Notes under the pieces: model-generated
What the model was told of the DNA's origin: nothing
The model's input: the letters and a program-made list of their open reading frames with translations, nothing else
The model's database searches: none
Program-made: the position numbers and the translations under genes
Assembly: GCF_001194135.2 (NCBI RefSeq)
Contig: NC_069000.1
Location: 12,623,333 to 12,657,537 of the forward strand
Reading direction: 5' to 3'
From: Octopus bimaculoides
Lineage: Eukaryota
Length of the DNA: 34,205 bases
In this document: positions 1 to 11,272 of the stretch, in pieces
How the letters are laid out: each line of letters opens with the position of its first letter
Position numbering within the stretch: position 1 is the stretch's first letter

Positions 1-223
1 TATATATATATATATATATGTAACTGCATTATTTTAAGATATTAACACTTTGAAAAGTGATTGTACTGTAGTATACACAAACACACATGCGTGCGTGCGA
101 GTTCACATGTAGAATTTATATTAATTTAATCAAGACAAAGTTGTGCCTAGTAATTCGTGCATGAAGGCCCTTGGGCCACATTTGTAAAATTCTGTCAATT
201 AAAAATAATATTTTTCTATATGC

Positions 224-710
224 ATGTATGTATGTATGTATGTATGTATGTATGTATGTATGTGTGTGTGGTATACGTGTGTGTATGGTTGCATGTATGT
301 AATACAAGTGTCTGTTTGTGTGTATATGTATGTGGGGGATCTCCATCTGTGTCCGTGTGTGTGGGCATGCGTTTGTTCTTGTATTTGTGTGTGTGTGCGC
401 GCGCGCATGCATATGGGTGTGTGTGGGGGCGGTGGCTGGTAGCATGTGTCTGTATAACATGAATGCATGATACTTAATTTAGACGGCAGAATCCTATTCT
501 AACTATACTCACACACACACACACACACACACCTTCGAAAATACCCTTTCCACACATACAAACAGTCAAACACGCACGCAGGTACGCAAACACACAACAC
601 ACACGCACACCCGTGCACGCTCGTACACGCGCACACACTCGCACAAAGCCATTCACACGCGCACGCTTTCACGTACGCGCACGCGTCCAATCGCAAACGC
701 ACGCACAGAG
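224..710. repeat. (TATG)n followed by mosaic TG/CA/CGCA low-complexity sequence
   Basis: Direct inspection; explains ORFs 116..738. Confidence 0.9.
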
Positions 711-814
711 AATAAGGAAAATAACGTTGCCACATCATTTCTAGGTCATCCGGTGCATATTCCTCCTAGCCAGTGAAAAGAGGTGAGGGAAGCAGCGAAA
801 GAAAAGCATTACCG

Positions 815-847
815 ATTATTATTATTATCATTATTATTATTATTATT
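815..847. repeat. (TTA)n microsatellite at the retroelement 3' end
   Basis: Direct inspection. Confidence 0.9.
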
Positions 848-1165
848 GTTCAGTAGTTTTATTTTTATAACGTGCTTTCACTTCACTACCGAGCGCAGCT
901 CTGTGCGCCTTGGGTATGTGCTGTGGTTTGCTGTGGTGCTTTTATGTTTACTGTATTGAAAGTGTTTTGCGTAGAATGTGTGCAGTACCCAGTAGTGCAA
1001 TTTTCTGTATGTTACATATATTTGTAAGTCCTGGTATTTTTGTTATGTATTTGTCTGAGTATTTTTTAATTATACCTAAGGCACCTACTATGATAGGAAT
1101 TGTTTCTGTTTTTAGACTCCACATTCGAGTTATCTCTATTTCCAGGTCTTTGTATTTTGTTTTTT
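848..1165 (-). mobile_element. 5'-truncated R4/Dong-type RLE non-LTR retrotransposon (C-terminal ORF, 3'UTR, tail), embedded in (TAA)n
   Basis: Manual translation of minus 1157..948 gives 69 aa plus stop: KYKDLEIEITRMWSLKTETIPIIVGALGIIKKYSDKYITKIPGLTNICNIQKIALLGTAHILRKTLSIQ*. This carries the KY..L / IPIIVGALG / QK.ALLGTA.ILRK C-terminal signature of R4/Dong RLE proteins. (TTA)n lies on both sides (815-847, 1166-1246). Confidence 0.85.
948..1157 (-). pseudogene. RLE-domain C-terminal fragment of a retrotransposon ORF (uninterrupted, 5'-truncated)
   Basis: 210-nt open frame ending in TAA at 950-948. Absent from the ORF track because it has no upstream start codon. Confidence 0.8.
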
Positions 1166-1178
1166 GTTATTATTATTA

Positions 1179-1240
<62 letters not shown>

Positions 1241-1246
1241 GTTATT
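1166..1246. repeat. (TTA)n microsatellite at the retroelement 5' truncation
   Basis: Direct inspection. Confidence 0.95.
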
Positions 1247-1459
1247 AAGCTAAGCTACATTCTTGAATATTTTAAGTTCAATTCCACTGCAGCAGTTTCG
1301 TGGAATATCGGGAGACATCTGAATACTATATCCTCCATTTACTCCATCTTCCCGTCTGTCATTCTGTCCGTTTCTTCTTATTGAATATCTAAATCTCCAT
1401 GCGTGTGCGTGTGTGCAGGCTTGTATGTTAGTATGCATTATTAATTTATCTATTTAATT

Positions 1460-1625
1460 GTTTCAGTCATTAGACTGCCGCCACGCTGGAGCACATAGAT
1501 GAGCGATTGACTCGAACAAAACGATCGCACTACGTAGATCTTTCAAAAGTCTGTTTAGCGACCCACAAATATTAGCGGGACGTAAACAGACCAATATCGG
1601 TCGTCTAGCAGTGTAGGTGGACACG
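1460..1625 (-). mobile_element. Degenerate SINE family B, 3' part
   Basis: tttcagtcattagactgccgccacgctggagcac...cgggacgtaaacagaccaatatcggtcgtctagc aligns by eye with 8721-8872 and 1917-1995. Confidence 0.6.
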
Positions 1626-1916
1626 CACTGTGAATACATAACTATGTTTGTATGTCTCTTCTATTTTTAATTATGATAAATTTTTCACTGAGGAGGAAGC
1701 CGGTTTCCAACAAAGATTCAAGACTCCATCTTTGGGATGTAGTTAACACAGACAAATTCACATTTGGAACTTGAGAAAAGTCTGGCATATTTTTACTGTT
1801 CCACTCACCAACTGGACTTGTAACATATGTATGTATATATGTATGTATGTATACGTGTATGTGTGTGTATATACACACATATAAATACATAAATACATAC
1901 ATACATGCACACGTCT

Positions 1917-1997
1917 TTCATCTAAGACATTAGACTGCGGCCATGCCGGGGAACCGTGTTACAGAACATTTAGTCAAATGATTCCATCCCCAGTACT
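1917..1997 (-). mobile_element. SINE family B, 3' fragment
   Basis: cattagactgcggccatgccgggg...tttagtc...ccccagtact shares motifs with the 1460 and 8721 copies. Confidence 0.55.
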
Positions 1998-2241
1998 TGG
2001 TTGAAAAAGGTAGCAGTAGTACCAACAATTGTCGGAGCCCTGCGAACAGTGAGTAAAAATCTCGAGAAGTACGTGGAACAAATAGGGGCTACAATATAGG
2101 TAGAACACTTGCAGAACGAATACTCCGGAAGATGCTGAAAAAAATAAGAGGTACTGCCTTAGTTCACTGGTAGTAAACAGCTGACACCGTAGTACATTTC
2201 CAGCGTTAGAAGCTGTGCAAAGGCAACAAATGATAATAATG

Positions 2242-2307
<66 letters not shown>

Positions 2308-2322
2308 GTAATGATAATAATA
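1998..2322 (+). mobile_element. 5'-truncated R4/Dong-type RLE retrotransposon 3' end with (TAA)n tail (second subfamily)
   Basis: From 1998: WLKKVAVVPTIVGALRTVSKNLEKYVEQIGATI*VEHLQ, then a deletion/frameshift, then RILRKMLKK. Matches VVP.IVGALG...LQK.ALLGTARILRKVL. About 100 nt of 3'UTR follows, then (TAA)n at 2231-2322. Confidence 0.8.
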
Positions 2323-2535
2323 ACAACTGCATTAGAAACCAGTAACGAAGAATGAAAAGCTTATTGTAAGGATAAACTATTTGAAGGTGATCGAAGCTTT
2401 TCTCTGGTGGAAATAAGAGACATGATGGGAGGAAATTAATATATATATTTACTGACAGGTCATTATCGCTACGACAAATGGATGAATAATTTAGATGCAC
2501 GTCATCTAATCCTTAAACTTTGGAGGACACATGAC

Positions 2536-2582
2536 TATGTATGCATGTATGTATGTATGTATGTATGTATGTATGTATGTAT
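2536..2582. repeat. (TATG)n
   Basis: Direct inspection. Confidence 0.95.
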
Positions 2583-2969
2583 GCATGCATATATATACAT
2601 GTGCGAGTATGTGTGTCTATGTGTGTACACACGCGCACTCCCTCATACGCCTCTATATTCATATAGTTGTGTATATATCAAAAATGTTCTCTCTCTTTCG
2701 ATCTATTTATACCTGTATTTGTATCAACACATACGCCAGCACATGTGTGTCCATTAGAGTTTAACAACCGCAATGAATTAGCGTACACAATACACGATGT
2801 AGAGTAAATCATTTACTTAACGTGGGTTCTTTTACACCCTAACGAAAAGAAAGAAGTCTTTAGAAGTGTACTCGCACAAGAATGAGCTCTCAACACCGAT
2901 TTGGTAAGAATATATTCGCATACATATATACATACATACATACACACACATATATATCGTGTTAATTAA

Positions 2970-2973
<4 letters not shown>

Positions 2974-3026
<53 letters not shown>
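2974..3026. repeat. (TA)n
   Basis: Direct inspection. Confidence 0.95.
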
Positions 3027-3030
<4 letters not shown>

Positions 3031-3890
3031 GAATACTAAAAATGGGACAAGAATGCAAAACATCCAATATTTATTTTTGTTTGCAATATCCGATTATTTT
3101 GATCAAACTATCGTATCTCCAGCAGCCTGAGATGACAAGATATGAAAATTGTCAAAGTGTAGTTCAACGGTTTTGCTATGGAATGGTGAAACTAATTTTT
3201 CATTTTTTGAAATAGCAACGTTTTGGATTACGACACTTCTACATTAGATTATTAATAAACTATTTAAGCCCAAAACTTATTTAAACTTCCAGCCTTCAGA
3301 GCTACTTAGCTAAGGCAGAGGGCATCGTAGATGATAGATTATATTCTTGAAGAGATTGATTTGTATAACAAAAACCTGGTGTTTATCGTAACAAGTGAAT
3401 TATTTTTGAAGAAAACACTGGCTTTCATTGACCTTCCATCATACACACGTACACACGCAGAAACATAGAGAAACACATAGAGAGACACACAGAGACACAC
3501 ACTGACACATACACCTTGCCAGTCGTGTTTAAAGCTCGAAGCTAGAGAATAAATCTCCGTTATTGGGAACTTAATATCTTCTGTGGAATTTACGTTCATT
3601 TTTCAATCGATCTGTGCTGAGAAATTATAACTCTCTTATAAAAGATTGATACTGACAAGATTATCGTTCACTCTGGATGTGAATTGATCGAACAATGACC
3701 TTTAGCATCGAATTACAATCGTCGCCGTTCGTTGACCACAGATCAATATTCGGTATTTATCACAAGATAGCAATAATATAGAGTTATTTTAAAGTTGGAT
3801 GATTTAGAAACGGTCGACTTACTGAGTAATAGTATTCTATTGTTTTAGATTTACGGTTGGAGTTTACTTCAGTTTTAGCCATGTACTGAC

Positions 3891-4007
3891 CTCTCGCTTG
3901 ATGCACCGGATGTTAAAATTTACAGTAGCCTCTACATTATAGACGTTATGTAGTGATTTACTGCGTAAGGAGCCAATACGATCGAGATTCCTGGTAAAAT
4001 AACCCAC
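3891..4007 (-). other. Candidate 117-nt exon of an unidentified minus-strand transcript
   Basis: tttcag|GTGGGT...CGAGAG|gtcagt. Frame 0 is open: VGYFTRNLDRIGSLRSKSLHNVYNVEATVNFNIRCIKRE. No homology recognised; the polypyrimidine tract is weak. Confidence 0.2.
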
Positions 4008-4445
4008 CTGAAATTTGGTTATTACCTTGATGGAACTAATAGCTAGATGTGGAAGGTGTATCAGTTCAAAGAAGCGGCAGATTTGCACGTTGCGTTAAGC
4101 ATATCATTGCAAATTTTATTGCTCCTGTTCAACTAACTGTTGGAAGTTCGTACTTGAATTTTCCCAGGTAAGTGATCTGCAATATCTTTCGAAATATCGT
4201 GAACAATAGATTCGTCTCTCATCTGATTAAGGGACATGAGCTATAAACAAAAGAATTCATATATTCTGCGAAAGACTTATTTCTGACGTTTTCAAACAGT
4301 AAGAATCTCATGAAATTTCATCTGCAATGATGCAGTTTAGGTTTAAAAACTTCTAATGCGTTATTTCCCGTGGGATATATATGTTATATATACGTGTGTG
4401 TGTATGTGTGTGTGTGTGTGTATAGGTATATATATATGCTTATAT

Positions 4446-4488
<43 letters not shown>

Positions 4489-4489
4489 C

Positions 4490-4528
<39 letters not shown>

Positions 4529-4827
4529 NNNNNNNNNNNNNNNNNNNNNNNNNNNNNNNNNNNNNNNNNNNNNNNNNNNNNNNNNNNNNNNNNNNNNNNN
4601 NNNNNNNNNNNNNNNNNNNNNNNNNNNNNNNNNNNNNNNNNNNNNNNNNNNNNNNNNNNNNNNNNNNNNNNNNNNNNNNNNNNNNNNNNNNNNNNNNNNN
4701 NNNNNNNNNNNNNNNNNNNNNNNNNNNNNNNNNNNNNNNNNNNNNNNNNNNNNNNNNNNNNNNNNNNNNNNNNNNNNNNNNNNNNNNNNNNNNNNNNNNN
4801 NNNNNNNNNNNNNNNNNNNNNNNNNNN
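4446..4827. other. (TC)n/(TA)n followed by assembly gap 4529-4827
   Basis: Direct inspection. Confidence 0.95.
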
Positions 4828-6037
4828 CAAGAGATGTAAAGAATATGAGGAGAGTAGAGAATCAAGAGAACGCAGGAAGAAGTGCGAAGGGTGAGACCGT
4901 AGACAGACAGAAAATTTACATTGCGCCATTATTTTTCTTCAATATTTTCCAACGTCATATATGTAAATTAGTCACCATTCTCCTCTATGCATTTCTTGGA
5001 TGAAAGAGTATTTTCTTTTGTAATAAATTTTATATGATTTTCATTTCTTTTCCTTCTCAGATATCGAACCGAGTCTTCTTGCTTCTCCGTTGTATTAAAT
5101 TAGGGGTCCCCTATTGATTGTATGTAACAGTTTTAAAACTATCCTGCAATTTGTAACTTTTATATTGAATATCATGATGACGTGAAATCATTAATATAGC
5201 AATGTATTTTTCTCTGCCAAACAAATATTTCCCCATGATAAGTTAGGCAGTTATTATTATTGTTTTAAATTTATCTTTACTGCAAAGAACTTCAAGACTT
5301 ATCGTACGTAACTTGATAGATTGATTCTCATTGGAACCCAAAAGTAAAACGAATAAACGAGAGAAGAACTGAGGATATTAATAGAAATGACCTTCCATAA
5401 AGAAATGTATGTTTGCCATCTTCTGTCCACATTCCAAATGATTTATTGCAAAACGTTTTACACATTATTTCAACATGGTTAATTCTATTGGTCGTCTCAA
5501 ATATTTTTAGATATTTCAGTTAATTTTTCAATATTTCATTCTTGATAAAACACTAAATATCTTATGTCTCCTAATCGTTAAAAACTAATTTCATATTTTC
5601 ATGTTACACTGTCAAGCTTTCTTTTTTTTTTTTTTTCGCCCCCTTCTCTCTTCTATTCCATATCATTTTTTTCCATCCACCATTTATCAATAAATATTTT
5701 TTCGTTCTGTTTATATCAATAATGTTGCACACACGTTATACTTTATCGATAACATTTGTTGTTGTTGTTGTTGTTGTTGTTGCTGTTACTTTTGTTGTTA
5801 CAGTTTTGATGCTGTGTCAATTAACGTAATTATTGCAACGGAAGGCTATATCGTGGTTGAAAATTTAATTTGCCTTCATATATTTCTTGAACAACTGCAG
5901 TTGCTTGAATTTGTGCTGAGGCTGGGATTTTTAACATCAATTTCTCTTGTGTAATTCGTATACGGATTTAAGACCGTGCAGGCATGCAGGCAAAGATATG
6001 TGCATGTAAGTGGATGAAGTGCCGAAACGCATGCAGT

Positions 6038-6076
6038 GATAATAATAACAATAATAACAACAACAACAACAACAAC

Positions 6077-6128
<52 letters not shown>

Positions 6129-6155
6129 GTAATAATCATAATAATATAATAATGA
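6038..6155. repeat. Compound (AAT)n/(AAC)n
   Basis: Direct inspection. Confidence 0.95.
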
Positions 6156-6169
6156 TAATTACAGAGATA

Positions 6170-6295
6170 TACTTGCATAGCAAGTGACCTGATCTGAGAT
6201 CGTGTACTGGAACGAAAACAATTGCAGCGTGGAAGGTGTTTATAAGCCATTTAAGAAACACCAAAAAACCGTTAGATTCACTTCAACATCTAAAT
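6170..6295. mobile_element. Possible interspersed-repeat fragment, family unassigned
   Basis: acttgcatagcaagtgacctgatctgagatcgtg...ccgttagattcacttcaacat resembles an octopus interspersed repeat I recall. There is no second copy in the window to confirm it. Confidence 0.3.
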
Positions 6296-6299
6296 GTAT

Positions 6300-6359
<60 letters not shown>

Positions 6360-6372
6360 GTAGATAGATAGA
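6300..6372. repeat. (GATA)n
   Basis: Direct inspection. Confidence 0.95.
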
Positions 6373-6949
6373 TGTGCATATGTATTTATACAGCATATAG
6401 TAATTCATGTTTGAATTTATACAGAAACGCCTGTCTGTTTACATATAAGACTACAAAAACAGACACATATACACTTATTTAATGGCTAACCAAATGGAAT
6501 ATGTACAAGATACGCTTATTTATACACCATCTCATCAGCACATACACGTATATACATGTATTAATTGTTTCTGTGTGTGCGTGTGGAACATCGCACATAT
6601 ATATATNNNNNNNNNNNNNNNNNNNNNNNNNNNNNNNNNNNNNNNTATATATAAAATATATATATATAAAATATATAGTTTTAGGGAAAATAACCAATTT
6701 TCAAGAACTCATCGATGAAAATCCACTATCACATATAGAAAAATTAATAATTAAAAGCACAATAAATGAGTATAATATAAAGTAAAGTAAATATCATAAG
6801 ATAAATATAATAAAAAGATTACACGTGTTTCATAACCAATTTTCAAATAGAAAAGAAATTTAAATCGATTAAAATCAATTGAAATTATCGAAAATAAGTT
6901 CTATTCAAAAATATAGCTACTCGTCAGATCGTAAGTATATATATATATA

Positions 6950-7165
6950 TCATTACCTTCATCAGTTTTATCATCATCCTTATCATCATCGCTGTTATCC
7001 CCATCATCATCATCATCATCATTATCATCATTATCGTAGTCGTCGTCGTCGTCGTTGTCGACATCATCATCAACGTCATTCTTGCCTCCATCTTGCAATT
7101 TCATGAATACACGCGACGCAGCTACCATCGCCACCACCACCAGCACCATCACCAAAAACCACAAC
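6950..7165. repeat. Degenerate trinucleotide mosaic (CAT/CGT/CAC)n
   Basis: Direct inspection; source of the poly-His and poly-Asp ORFs. Confidence 0.85.
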
Positions 7166-7193
7166 TATATCAACCAATGCTGTCTTTAATACC

Positions 7194-7227
<34 letters not shown>

Positions 7228-7893
7228 ATGTATTGGAGTATTTGAATTTTTTTTTCCATTTCTATTCCACATCCCAGCAGTAGTAAATTGGTTTTTATTT
7301 TTGGATTATTATAAACAAAACTCTTAAACTCAGAGTTAGGCTTTCTTTTCAAAAGCATTGAATATTTTAAGCGGAAATGATTGTGCATATCTGATCTCCT
7401 CGAGAGAATTATATTTATAATCATAAGATGGACGAAATGCAAATATTTATTCAATATCGGTAAATATTCACTCAGGAACCATTAACTTACAGACATGGTC
7501 TTCCTTTTCCTCTTCCTCTCTCATCATTTCTTCCCCCCCCCACCCCCATTGTGTTACTTAACAAACACTACACTAATAGCTCTTCTCTCAACCATTCATA
7601 GTCATGAATGGTACATGCAGACACTACTTGAATTCGATTCACGACTATAGCATTCCTACAAGCATCATCCTACATAAATTCAAAACTATTTCAAAATCAA
7701 TACTTGGCCTCAAAAGATTTGGTGGCACTACAAAGAACCGGGGTACAATCCATATTGGTTCAGTTCCGTCGAAAGAGAAACAAAATGCAAGAGAACATCT
7801 AGTGACTCTTCAAAACATCCTTATATATTTTTTATATCAGTATTCCATAATTCTGAAATATTATAGATAATTATGTAAATATACTTTACACGA

Positions 7894-8047
7894 GGCTCGA
7901 AATTTTTGGGGAGGGTGGTCAGTTGATTCGATCGACCCAGTACACAACTGGAACTTAATTCATGACCCCAAAAGGATTAAAGGCAAAGACGACATCGGCA
8001 GAATTGGAACTCAGATCGTAAAGACAGACGAAATACCACTCAGCATT
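7894..8047 (-). mobile_element. tRNA-derived SINE family A, copy 1 (5'-truncated)
   Basis: gaaatttttggg...atcgacccagtacacaactgg...aggcaaagacgacatcggcagaattggaactcagatcgtaaagacagacgaaatacc aligns with the adjacent copies. Confidence 0.8.
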
Positions 8048-8275
8048 CTTTTCTATTCTAGGCACAAGGCCCGAAATTCCGGGGGATGGGGCCAGTCGAT
8101 TAAATCCCCCCCCCCCTCAGTACGCAACTGGTACTTAATTTATCGACTCCAAAAGGATGAAGGGCACACTCGACCTCGCCGGATTTTTAAATCAGAACGT
8201 AAAGACAGGCGAAATACCGGTAAGTATTTCAAACAGCGTGATAGCGTTTTGGTGATCTCACCGACTTAAATTATG
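8048..8275 (-). mobile_element. SINE family A, copy 2 (near full length)
   Basis: 3' end cttttctattctaggcacaaggcccgaaatt through to a degenerate tRNA-like head. Confidence 0.8.
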
Positions 8276-8335
8276 TTAATATGCTTNNNNNNNNNNNNNN
8301 NNNNNNNNNNNNNNNNNNNNNNNNNNNNNNNNNNN

Positions 8336-8540
8336 TTCTACCTTAAGCACAAAGCCCAAAACTTTTGGTGGGGAGACCAGTCGATTAGATCGACCCCAGT
8401 ACACAACTGGTAACTAGTACAACTTAATTTATCGACCCCGAAATGACGAAAGGCAAAGCAGACCTCGGCGGAATTTAAATTCAGAACGTAAAGCCAGACG
8501 AAATACCACTAAGCATTTCGCCCGACGTGCTAACGTTTCT
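8336..8540 (-). mobile_element. SINE family A, copy 3
   Basis: Same body. The minus strand has a B-box-like gaatttaaattcc and the head agaaacgttagcacgtcgggcgaaatgcttag. Confidence 0.85.
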
Positions 8541-8721
8541 TATTTCTTTATTGTCCACAAGGAGCTAAACATAGAGGGGACAAACAAGGACAGACAAAGG
8601 GATTAAGTCGTCTACATTGACCCCAGTGCGTAACTGGTACTGAATTTATCGATCCCGAAAGGATGAAAGGCAAAGTCGACCTCGGCGGAATTTGAACTCA
8701 CGACGTAAAGACAGACGAAAT
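8541..8721 (-). mobile_element. SINE family A variant with an alternative 3' tail, copy 4
   Basis: Same central and head sequence (B-box gagttcaaattcc on minus) but a different 3' segment: tatttctttattgtccacaaggagctaaacatagaggggacaaacaagg. Confidence 0.8.
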
Positions 8722-8872
8722 GCTGGAGCACCGCCTTAGTCGAGCAAATCGACCCCAGGACTTATTCTTTGTAAGCCTAGTACTTATTCTATCGGTCGTT
8801 CTTGCCGAACCGCTAGGTGACGGGAACGTTAACACACCAGCATGAGTTGTCAAGCGATATTGGGGGGGGGAC
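8721..8872 (-). mobile_element. SINE family B, body fragment
   Basis: gctggagcaccgccttagtcgagcaaatcgaccccaggacttatt...gccgaaccgctaggtgacgggaacg; homologous pieces at 1460, 1917, 15637, 30353 and 32764. Confidence 0.7.
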
Positions 8873-8883
8873 CTCTCATCATT

Positions 8884-8980
8884 TCGGAGTCGATAAAATA
8901 AGCACCAGTTGACCACAGGGGTCGATGTAATAGACCAGCCTCCTCTCCTGAATTTCAGATCTTGTGCCTACATTACAAAT
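8884..8980 (+). mobile_element. SINE family A, 3' half, inverted relative to copies 1-4
   Basis: ttcggagtcgataaaataagcaccagttgaccacaggggtcgatgtaatagacc...aatttcagatcttgtgcct matches the reverse complement of copies 1-3. Confidence 0.75.
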
Positions 8981-10229
8981 GATTTTACATATAAGTATGT
9001 ATATATCTATATGGATGTATGTGCGAATGTGTATATGCATATTTTGTTAAATATATTTGTTTAAACTTTTGAAAACGTGTAGATGCCATCATGTGGGAAT
9101 ATCGGGTTATGCTTGATAGTGTAAAAGCGTTACAGATTGTGGGCATGTTGTTAATCTACGATTAGGCTATCTCACGTTTCTCATAGTCAGTGGTAAGAGC
9201 CAAACAGAAATAATTTATCAATTCTTCGTTCGGCAACACTTTTATAGCTTTTTATCAAGGAAGTTCGATGTGTGATATCAGTAAACCATCAGCAAAACCT
9301 CTAAAAATAAGTAGGTCACGCACGGAGAACAGGTATGACGCGATTAATTTGATAAAACTAGACCAATATGATACGTCCGTAAGAGTTATTACTACAACCA
9401 CCCTGAATTTTTCTCTTTATAAGTTAAGATAATACAGATGCCAGGAGCAATATCACAGGAACTTTTAAAATAATTTATATTTGCACATTATCTTGGATGT
9501 TGTTACACACATTGGCTAGATCGTAAAGGCTCAACTCTCCCTATACAACAATGTTTTATATCTAATATGGAGATTAAGTTGTTAAAAAAATTGTATCTAA
9601 TATTATCCAACAAGGTTGATGATAAATGCACTGAGGCACTTAATGATGAGTATATTAATGGCTCTCACCCAATTAGAAGGTTTTTATTTGTTTCAGATAG
9701 CCTTAGGCTAATACAAGGAAAGAAAAGATACGCCATTATTTGTTACCATATGTCAGTCTTGGAAATTTTGCGAGATCTTTTGTATACGAAGTTCGGATGG
9801 AATTGGAGGACGCTGGCAGCAATAATTCAATTGTATCAAAAACAGAGAAAATAAAATTGTTCGGAACGTTCGAACACCGTGGTTTATCCAACGTTTGCAA
9901 AATAAGCTTCAGTTGTTGGAGTGAAGTACTAAACTGCGCTGCGCGAGAACGTTCAATACAGGTCGTAATTTCTGAGGGTTGGCCAATTCATATTTGCAAA
10001 GATATAGGAAAACTGTTCGATCCGTGCCATATGAATATTTATCAAACTTAAAAACCTTCATGAACATTGCTCACATCTTTGGCTCTTCTTTGAAGAGAAA
10101 ATGTTTGACCAAGACTATAAAAGTCTAACATAAGAAGACAAATGGTTATGTGCAGATCCTTCTGATGTTTCCAAAGTGATACACACTAAACTTCTAGCAA
10201 TTCAGGCAATTTAAGGAACAGTGGGTAGC

Positions 10230-10310
10230 GACGTACACAGTGGAAGGCGACACATGTTTCAACACGACTCGGTATCTGCTCACAAAGACTGTGTTACCCA
10301 GAATATGAGA
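10230..10310 (+). pseudogene. Tc1/mariner transposase relic (region of the second catalytic Asp)
   Basis: GRRHMFQHDSVSAHKDCVTQ resembles the mariner/Tc1 motif GRPYVFQQDSAPxHKxxVTQ. The match is short and degenerate. Confidence 0.5.
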
Positions 10311-11109
10311 CGGTTTTTACATGAAATTAAGTGTCAAAACTCATCGAAATTTAGTGCAGTTTCTTCTCAAAGCGTAAAAAGAAATCGATACTCCAAAAAC
10401 CTATAAATAACACATAGATATAATAAGAGAAAATAGAAGCGAACAATCCAAGTTCAAAATGGATCAAGTTTAATATGTCACATCAAATAGACTTCGTCGT
10501 ATTCCCGTGCTTTCAAAATCGTACTATATCCACGACCTAATTAAATGCAGGAAAACTGAAAATGATAAATATGAGCAATAGCCTAAAAACCTACTTATTT
10601 TTACTGAATTTAAAATAATTTAGTGTATTTAAAATATCAGGCTGCATATTCGGAAGACAAATGTTATATATCAACTAGCATAACGGATGACGGAAACGAG
10701 GGACATAAGATAGTCGCCATTTGCATACGCGTAGCGAATTGCAATAGAGAGGACGGGGCTGATTATCTTTGTGGATCCAAATGTAAATTAAAAACACTAA
10801 TACATAAACATCATGCTGCAGAAAGAATTATGAGTACTGTCGAAATGAATACAAATGTGTTACTATATAATATTTTATATGAGAAGCCATTCATTTCGCA
10901 TGTGAAAAATGATATTTCTGTAACAAAAATATAGTTCAGACAGTCAAACAGATTAGTTGACGCCAAATATGTCTCATTGTTTAACTATTAAGACAAGGTT
11001 GTTTCCGAAAGGTATTCGGAGAAATATGGTCATAAAATGTTACCAACTGAAGATAAAATATTCACAAGGAAAGAAAGAAGTAAGGCAAAATAGGGCAAGC
11101 AAAATCCTG

Positions 11110-11235
11110 ACTTGCAACATGTGCACACGTGCACGCGTGTGCACATGGAGGCTGGCACACACGCACACACATATACACTACTCAGACATGCAAGGATACG
11201 TATATCTTTTAATTTGTGGATGTATGTGTGTGTGG

Positions 11236-11272
<37 letters not shown>

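Noticed and set aside
116-738. His/Thr- and Val/Cys-rich ORFs; likewise those at 11030-13845, 17655-19136, 24235-25065, 31504-31875 and the X-filled ORFs
   Set aside because: They arise from CA/TG/TA/GA microsatellites or N-gaps.
1250-1400. Minus ORF with PDIPRNCCSG (tetraspanin-like PxxCC)
   Set aside because: Weak acceptor and donor, no CCG motif, and no other supporting exon.
7894-8721. CRISPR-like repeat/spacer array
   Set aside because: The units are 150-230-bp diverged SINE copies with no unique spacers, and the context is eukaryotic.
9567-10051. Two overlapping 95-103 aa ORFs in unique sequence
   Set aside because: No recognisable motif, no convincing splice signals, and a length attainable by chance. 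Left unannotated; BLASTX would settle it.
10623-10934. 103-aa ORF with several Cys/His
   Set aside because: Non-ATG start, no domain pattern and no flanking splice support.
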